Shown: one piece after another, positions 58,420 through 64,000 of the stretch
Position numbering within the stretch: position 1 is the stretch's first letter
How the letters are laid out: each line of letters starts with the position of its first letter
NCBI GenBank assembly: GCA_038126235.1
Contig: JAYPFK010000008.1
Location: 33,168 to 97,167 of the forward strand
Length of the DNA: 64,000 nt
From: Verrucomicrobiales bacterium
GTDB taxonomy: Bacteria; Verrucomicrobiota; Verrucomicrobiia; Limisphaerales; JAYPEY01
Reading direction: 5' to 3'
The notes under the pieces: generated by a model
Database searches by the model: none
What the model was told of the DNA's origin: nothing
The model's input: only the letters and a program-made list of their open reading frames with translations
Translations under genes and position numbers: made by a program

Positions 58420-59766
58420 TCACCCGAGCGTCCAGCCCTTGCGGTATTCCCGACCGAGAAACTTCTCCGCCTCCGGCGCGTTCGGGATCTTCATGTTCTT
58501 CGAATCCCACTCGATCTTCTTGCCGGCGCGGAAGGCGACGTTGCCGAGATGGTTCGCCTCGGTGAGCGGGCCGGCGTAGGCGAAGTCGCAGGTCGTGGGG
58601 GCGCCGGTCTTGCAGGCGTGCAGCCATTCGGCGTGATGGCCGATTGACGGCGCAATCCAGGGCTTCGGCGGTTCGAAGTCCTTGAAATCCTTCTCCGGCA
58701 GCACGGCGTGCTTCCCGTAGTTGGAGATGATCATGCCCTTGTCGCCGATGAACAGGTGGCCGCTCTTGTAAGCCTGCACCGCGGGGTCCTCATGCCAGAT
58801 CTTCGGTTTGTTGTCGCCCTGGTGCCAGGTGAGTGTGACCGCCGGCAGATCGCCGCGCGGACCGTACTCGTATTTGGCGGACATCGAGGCGGGCGCGATG
58901 TCGTGGTGCGCCGGCGGACCGAAGGCCTCGATGCTCTTGGGCGCGTCGAGCTTGAGCGCCCAGAATGGCAGGTCGTTGTAGTGGCTGCCCAGGTCGGACA
59001 TGGTGCCGTTGCCGAAATCCCACCAGCGATACCACTTCGGCCCTGGGAAATAGATCTCGTGATAGGGCCGGAAGGGCGCCGGTCCGATCCACAGGTCCCA
59101 GTCCAGATAGTCCGGGACGGGCATGGATTCCTTCGGCGTCTCGAACGACCAGACGCGGTCCTTGTTCTTCTCGGCGTCCTCCTTCGACTGCCAGCCCCAG
59201 GCGCGGTCCACCCAGACGTGCGCTTCGCGGATCGGCCCGACGACGCCGGATTGCACCAACTCCACCACGCGGCGGTAGTTCTCGGTCGCGTGGATCTGCG
59301 TGCCCATCTGCGTGGCGACGCCCGCCTCGCGCGCGGCCTCCGTGATGATTCGCGCCTCGTGCACATCGCGCGTCAGCGGCTTCTCGCAGTAGACGTGCTT
59401 GCCCATCTTCAGGGCCGGCAGCGTCGCGAAGGCATGCGTGTGCTCGGTGGTGCTGACCACCACGGCGTCCAGGTCCTTCGCGTCCTCGTAGAACTTCCGG
59501 TAGTCCTTGTAGGTCCGCTTGGGTGAATACTGCTTCGCGGCGGAGGCGAGGTTGTTCGCGTTCACATCACAGAGCGCGACGATGTTCTCCGACTGCATCT
59601 CGCGCAGGTTGCGGCCGCCGCGACCGCCCGCGCCGATGATGCCCATGTTCAACACCGAGTTCGGCGAGCGCGCGCTGACGATGGCGGGAAAGCCCGCGAT
59701 TGCGGCGCCGGCCAAGGCGGAAGTTTGGAGGAATTGACGACGCGAAACCGGGGTGGACGTGGACAT
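58420..59766 (-). CDS. Tat-exported Gfo/Idh/MocA oxidoreductase
   Basis: SRRQFL Tat motif; [29 protein letters not shown]. Confidence 0.92.
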   Translation of the reverse strand: MSTSTPVSRRQFLQTSALAGAAIAGFPAIVSARSPNSVLNMGIIGAGGRGGRNLREMQSENIVALCDVNANNLASAAKQYSPKRTYKDYRKFYEDAKDLDAVVVSTTEHTHAFATLPALKMGKHVYCEKPLTRDVHEARIITEAAREAGVATQMGTQIHATENYRRVVELVQSGVVGPIREAHVWVDRAWGWQSKEDAEKNKDRVWSFETPKESMPVPDYLDWDLWIGPAPFRPYHEIYFPGPKWYRWWDFGNGTMSDLGSHYNDLPFWALKLDAPKSIEAFGPPAHHDIAPASMSAKYEYGPRGDLPAVTLTWHQGDNKPKIWHEDPAVQAYKSGHLFIGDKGMIISNYGKHAVLPEKDFKDFEPPKPWIAPSIGHHAEWLHACKTGAPTTCDFAYAGPLTEANHLGNVAFRAGKKIEWDSKNMKIPNAPEAEKFLGREYRKGWTLG

Positions 59767-59821
59767 TGCTTTTGAGCGCATGATGGGGATCATAGGCGCC
59801 ACATCGACTCGGTCAACTGCC

Positions 59822-60061
59822 ATGAAATTCATTGGATTCCTCATCATCGGAGCGCTGGCCGGCTGGCTGGCCGGCGTGATTCGCAAAGGCAAGGGCTTCG
59901 GCCTGCTCGGCAACCTGGGTGTGGGCATCGTCGGAGCCATGATCGGCGGACTGCTCTTCGGTCTGATCGGATTGCAGAGCACGGGCTTCATCGGCTCGCT
60001 GGTCGTGTCGACCGTCGGCGCCATGGTTCTTCTGAGCGTCGCGGCCAAGCTGTCCAAATGA
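59822..60061 (+). CDS. GlsB/YeaQ/YmgE (transglycosylase-associated) membrane protein
   Basis: [27 protein letters not shown] pattern. Confidence 0.9.
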   Translation: MKFIGFLIIGALAGWLAGVIRKGKGFGLLGNLGVGIVGAMIGGLLFGLIGLQSTGFIGSLVVSTVGAMVLLSVAAKLSK

Positions 60062-60146
60062 CCGCCCGTCAACCAGTCCGTTCCGCGTTTCAATCAAGGC
60101 GATTCAGGTTGCGGCGAGCCGCTGTCGCCCGCCACACTCCCCGCCC

Positions 60147-60962
60147 ATGAACGGCCGGCAACTCATCGAAACCCTCCACAGCGACAGGCGCGCCTACGGC
60201 ACCTGCACCGTCTCCCCCTCCCCGCGCTGGCCCCACGCGCTCAAGACCGCCGGCCTGGACTTCGTCTTCATCGACACCGAGCACAACGCCCTCGACCGCA
60301 CCCAGGTCGGCTGGATGTGCCGCGCCTACGACGCGCTGGAGATCGCGCCCATCGTCCGCATTCCCGCGCCCGATCCCTACCAGGCGACCATGGTCCTCGA
60401 CGACGGCGCCACCGGCGTCGTCGCCCCCTACGTCGAAACGGTCGAGCAGGTCGAGGCCCTGCGCGGCGCGATCAAGCATCGGCCACTGAAGGGCGACCGT
60501 CTCAAAGCGCGGCTTCGGGGCGATTCAATCAGCGGGGAACTCGACGAGTACATGGCGACCCTGAATGCCAGCCACGTGTTCATCATCAACGTCGAGAGCG
60601 TCCCGGCCATCGAGCGGCTCGACGATCTGCTGGCCGTGCCGGAACTCGACGCCGTCCTCATCGGGCCGCACGACCTGTCCTGCAACCTCGGCGTCCCCGA
60701 GCAATACGACCACCCTGATTTCCTTGCAGCCGTGGAGACCATCTTCACCAAGGCGCGGGCCAAAGGCGTCGGCGCCGGAATCCACTTCTGGGGCGAGCCG
60801 GAGAAGCAGGCGGAGCTGCTGCGACTGGGAGCCAACTTCCTCATCCACAGCGCCGATCTCCTGCTCGTCCGCAAACATCTGACCCAGGATCTGCAGGCCA
60901 TCCGCCGGCTCATGGACGACATCGGCGACGGCCGGGATCCCGGCGATCGCGTGAACATCTGA
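60147..60962 (+). CDS. HpcH/HpaI aldolase family protein
   Basis: DFVFIDTEH, LDDGATGVVAP, NVES, IGPHDLS. Confidence 0.9.
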   Translation: MNGRQLIETLHSDRRAYGTCTVSPSPRWPHALKTAGLDFVFIDTEHNALDRTQVGWMCRAYDALEIAPIVRIPAPDPYQATMVLDDGATGVVAPYVETVEQVEALRGAIKHRPLKGDRLKARLRGDSISGELDEYMATLNASHVFIINVESVPAIERLDDLLAVPELDAVLIGPHDLSCNLGVPEQYDHPDFLAAVETIFTKARAKGVGAGIHFWGEPEKQAELLRLGANFLIHSADLLLVRKHLTQDLQAIRRLMDDIGDGRDPGDRVNI

Positions 60963-61229
60963 GCCCGTTCCCGACCTTCGCAAAACGGCGGATTTCAACG
61001 CCCCGACAGCCTCGCGAACGGTGAAACGATTTCATCGTCGTCTCCAACTCACTGATCCATTTCCGACCCGGAATTTTCCGGGCATAAGCAGCGCCCGCAC
61101 GCGAACCGACTCTCCACAAACAGGTTACGAACGCGTCCCTCAGCGAGACTAAAAAATGACCCGGCAATCCGGGAGTGGATTGCCGGTTTCAGCCGCCGCG
61201 AAGTCGTCATAGTTTTTTCGCCAAATACG

Positions 61230-61257
61230 TTGACTTCCCGCCGGGCATCTCCATATT
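61230..61257 (+). promoter_or_regulatory. Putative sigma70-like promoter for DUF2934/H1-like gene
   Basis: TTGACT-16 nt-CATATT in an AT-richer intergenic region. Confidence 0.35.
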
Positions 61258-61391
61258 CCCGCGCCTTTGTCGCCAGAAGGCGCGAAAAAACAACGAGCGG
61301 AACCAGCCCAAAGCGCGACCGAAAGGAAACCTGGCCGGCGCCAGACCGAAACCCGCCACCCACACAACAAACCGAACAATCTGAGAACGAC

Positions 61392-61742
61392 ATGAGCAAG
61401 AAGAACAACGACATCGACTACGAGCAGGTCGCCCTGCGCGCCTACCACATCTGGAACAATTCCGGCCGCCCGGACGGCAAGCACCAGGAACACTGGCTGC
61501 AAGCCGAGACCGAGATCCTCGCCGAAAACACACCGGCCGCCGCCGCCAAGAAGACCGCGACAAAGGCTCCGGCCAAGAAAGCCCCGGCCAAAACGGCGAA
61601 GGCGCCAGCCAAGAAGGCCGAGCCTAAGGCAAAGGCTCCCGCGAAGGCAAAGGCTGCCCCGAAGAAGGCCGCGCCGAAGGCAAAAGCCCCGGCCAAGAAA
61701 GCCCCCGCGAGGAAGGCTCCCGCCAAGGCGAAAAAGAAGTAA
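61392..61742 (+). CDS. DUF2934 domain fused to Ala/Lys/Pro-rich histone-H1-like tail
   Basis: VALRAYHIW..SGRPDG....WLQAE, then repeated KKAPAK/KAPAKK. Confidence 0.85.
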   Translation: MSKKNNDIDYEQVALRAYHIWNNSGRPDGKHQEHWLQAETEILAENTPAAAAKKTATKAPAKKAPAKTAKAPAKKAEPKAKAPAKAKAAPKKAAPKAKAPAKKAPARKAPAKAKKK

Positions 61743-61760
61743 CCACACCGTCAAATCATC

Positions 61761-61800
61761 CAAGACGGCCGGCGGGCCCGTCCGTCGGCCGTCTTGATTT
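61761..61800 (+). terminator. Putative intrinsic terminator
   Basis: caagacggccggcgg / ccgtcggccgtcttg stem (one G-U) followed by short attt, ~20 nt after stop. Confidence 0.6.
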
Positions 61801-62010
61801 CCCGTCCGTGATCGCGACCCCGCAAAGGCGCGGATCGCGAGCCGGCTACGAACGAACGAGTAGTGAGTCGTCCATCGCCAAGGCCGTGGCAGAACTCAAA
61901 GCGAGTCGCTGCTGTTCCACGCGGCTAGGATAATCCCCAATAAGGGGAACAAAGGAGCCACGCCGTCAGAGGATCGGGCGGCAAACAGCCCTGGATCCGC
62001 GGTTGCCCAC

Positions 62011-63564
62011 TCACTTCCCCGCCGGGCGGAAGAACTGTTTGGGAACAAGGGACTTCTTTGCCTCCCATTTCACGGCGCGGTCGAAGACCGTTCCGTAGGG
62101 CTGGTAATCGTTGTAGGCCACAGCCTGGGTCTGCCACTTGCGCAACTCGGCGTCGTAGTGGCGGCGCAGCATCCCCAGTTCCTGACGAAGCTCGTTGTCG
62201 CCGATCACGTTCTGCAGCTCGTAGGGGTCGTTCTTCAGGTCGAACATCTCCTCGGTCGGCTCCATGCCCTCGCCGAAGGGCCAGTAGACGAACTTGTATT
62301 CCTCGGTCACGACGCCGAAGCTCTGCGCGCCGATCGGCCCCCAGACATTGATCAACGGCATCGATTCGCGGACGCGCGACTTCTTTCCGTGAACAATCGG
62401 CAACAAGCTGCGCCCATCCATGCCGCGTGGCTTCGATAGCCCCGCCAGGTCCACGATCGTCGCGGCGATGTCGATATTGCCGGTGACCGCCTTGGACCGC
62501 CTCCCCTTCCCTTTGTCCGCATGACGCGGATCGGAGATGATCAAAGGAACGCGCGCGCCCTCCTCATAGGGGAGCACCTTGCTGCCGAGTCCGTGCGAGC
62601 CATTGAAGAAGCCATTGTCCGAGCTGAAGATCACGACGGTGTTGTCGGCGACGCCCTGTTGCTCCAGTTCCGCCATCACCATGCCGATCGCGTAGTCCAC
62701 ACCGTGAATCTGCTGGTGGTAGGTCGCGAGGGCCGCCTGATAGCTGCTGTCGACGGAATAGCCCCAGGTCTCAAAACGCGGATACTGGCGACCGAGCTTG
62801 TGCTGCGGCGCGAGGTGTTCGCCGGCCTTGCGACCGTAGTTCGGAAGCTTGCGGAAGGTCGTGTCCGCGTAGACATCATCGAAGATCGGATCCGGCGTGG
62901 TCGGCCGGTGCGGGGCCTTGAAGAAGATTGACAGGCAGAAGGGCTTCCCGCTCTCCACGGAATCGCGAACGAACTCAGAACCCGCCGCGCCGTAGGCCCG
63001 CGAGCTGTGCGGGTACTTGTCGGCGTACTTGGCGAGGTATTTGTTCTTCCTCGTTTCGTAGGAGGTCTGGCCCGTGCCTCCGACCCAGAAGTCGAAATCG
63101 CCCATCGGCAGGTTCTCGTACTTCCCTTCCGAACCGCCCTTGCGCGGATCGTCGACCACCGCGAAGCCGAACTTGCCGCCAAAGCCCGTGCGGTAGCCCG
63201 CCTCGCGCAGCAGCACGGGAAACGACTCCGCCCAAAGCGACTTCGCGAGCGGACCGTGGGAGAAGTTGCAACCGGTCTTGTATTCCAGCTTGCCGGTCAT
63301 GACATTGGCCCGGCTGGCCATGCAGATCGCCGTGGTGTTGTAGTGCCGGTCGAAGATCACGCCGTTCGCGCCGAGCCGGTCCATGTTCGGCGTCTTGACG
63401 TCGGGGTTGCCGTAGCAACCCACGGTGTCGTAGGCCTGATCGTCCGAGAAGAAGAGGACGATGTTGGGGGAACGTGACGTTCCATCCAAATGCGGCTTCG
63501 CCGCGGCGGCGGAACCGCAGAGAACGTAAAGGGACAAAAGGACGGGGAAGCTTCTCTTGAACAT
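62011..63564 (-). CDS. Sulfatase (S1)
   Basis: PNIVLFFSDDQ, ICMASRANVMTG, KAPHRP, SSDNG, FDLKNDPYE. Confidence 0.9.
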   Translation of the reverse strand: MFKRSFPVLLSLYVLCGSAAAAKPHLDGTSRSPNIVLFFSDDQAYDTVGCYGNPDVKTPNMDRLGANGVIFDRHYNTTAICMASRANVMTGKLEYKTGCNFSHGPLAKSLWAESFPVLLREAGYRTGFGGKFGFAVVDDPRKGGSEGKYENLPMGDFDFWVGGTGQTSYETRKNKYLAKYADKYPHSSRAYGAAGSEFVRDSVESGKPFCLSIFFKAPHRPTTPDPIFDDVYADTTFRKLPNYGRKAGEHLAPQHKLGRQYPRFETWGYSVDSSYQAALATYHQQIHGVDYAIGMVMAELEQQGVADNTVVIFSSDNGFFNGSHGLGSKVLPYEEGARVPLIISDPRHADKGKGRRSKAVTGNIDIAATIVDLAGLSKPRGMDGRSLLPIVHGKKSRVRESMPLINVWGPIGAQSFGVVTEEYKFVYWPFGEGMEPTEEMFDLKNDPYELQNVIGDNELRQELGMLRRHYDAELRKWQTQAVAYNDYQPYGTVFDRAVKWEAKKSLVPKQFFRPAGK

Positions 63565-63676
63565 GGCGCGGAGTCTGGCAAACCCGCGGAGGCGGCGCGA
63601 GCGTGAAAGACATTGGGGTTTCGACGTTTTGGCCAGGCGTGCAATCCGGTTCGGCATGCCAGTATTCCAACGCGCG

Positions 63677-63904
63677 GGTCCCCTCCGGCGGTGGGGATAT
63701 TTCATGCTCCCGCGTAGCGGAGGAGCATGAAATCGGGGTGGGTTCGCGGGGACTTGCCCTTGACTCCCGCCTCGCCCAGGCCCCGGCGCCAACCGTCCGG
63801 TTCGCATCCGTCAACGCATTGCCTCCCTCGGACGAACCCACCCCGATTGAGTTCTCCTAATCGCTTCGCGGGAGAACTCAATCGTCCCTCCGGCGGAGGG
63901 GACC
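63677..63904. repeat. Nested multi-hairpin inverted-repeat element (family D)
   Basis: A-hairpinB-C ... C'-hairpinB'-A'; C=cggggtgggttcg, C'=cgaacccaccccg. Confidence 0.8.
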
Positions 63905-63920
63905 TTTGATTCGCGCCCCC

Positions 63921-64000
63921 CTACGCGAAGATCTCCTTCGCCGGCCGGCCGCTGACATTGGTCAGGCGGAAGTCGCGGCCGGAGTAGGTGTAAGTCAGTC
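63921..64000 (-). CDS. DUF1501 protein, C-terminal fragment (runs off window)
   Basis: LTYTYSGRDFRLTNVSGRPAKEIFA* matches the C-terminus of 37236-38654. Confidence 0.8.
   Translation of the reverse strand, partial: LTYTYSGRDFRLTNVSGRPAKEIFA

Noticed and set aside
61021..61186. Palindromes tgaaacgatttca, cccggaattttccggg and ccggcaatcc-N6-ggattgccgg as possible operators
   Set aside because: Single occurrences, no cognate regulator in the window
61149..61763. Minus-strand ORFs with GAFLA/GFLGR repeats
   Set aside because: Antisense shadows of the AKP-rich tail
61805..62005. Unexplained ~200-bp gap between convergent genes, possible ncRNA
   Set aside because: Some short hairpins but no recognisable RNA family motif; needs an Rfam search or RNA-seq

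Overview
High-GC bacterial DNA, inferred to be from the PVC superphylum (most likely Verrucomicrobiota) from two DUF1501-type genes, three sulfatases, a PQQ-like propeller and a PVC-type prenyltransferase-repeat operon. I saw no rRNA, tRNA, CRISPR array, transposase or prophage. Layout: 0-15 kb holds mixed genes, including a receiver/metallo-beta-lactamase fusion and a 2373-aa repeat-rich surface protein. 15-40 kb is a glycan/sulfate-degradation region (GH127-like, GH50-like, SASA esterase, two beta-helix proteins, GH5-like gene broken by an in-frame TAA, SGNH, CE15, sulfatases). 40-49 kb is a translationally coupled operon: B12-radical SAM, large coiled-coil membrane protein, prenyltransferase-repeat protein and two secreted paralogues. 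49.2 kb holds a 39-aa basic ORF missed by the ORF track. 51-57 kb is an aryl-polyene-like lipid tailoring/export cassette (flavin halogenase-like enzyme, lipoprotein, MMPL-acyltransferase fusion, LolA-like, FabZ-like) with no KS/ACP. 58-64 kb holds an oxidoreductase, an aldolase, a DUF2934/histone-H1-like fusion and a sulfatase. Several unrelated REP/REPIN-like palindrome families are present. Two of them appear to be translated in-frame inside signal-peptide N-regions, and one element shows compensatory hairpin changes between its arms. All product calls come from motif recognition by eye; no searches were run.
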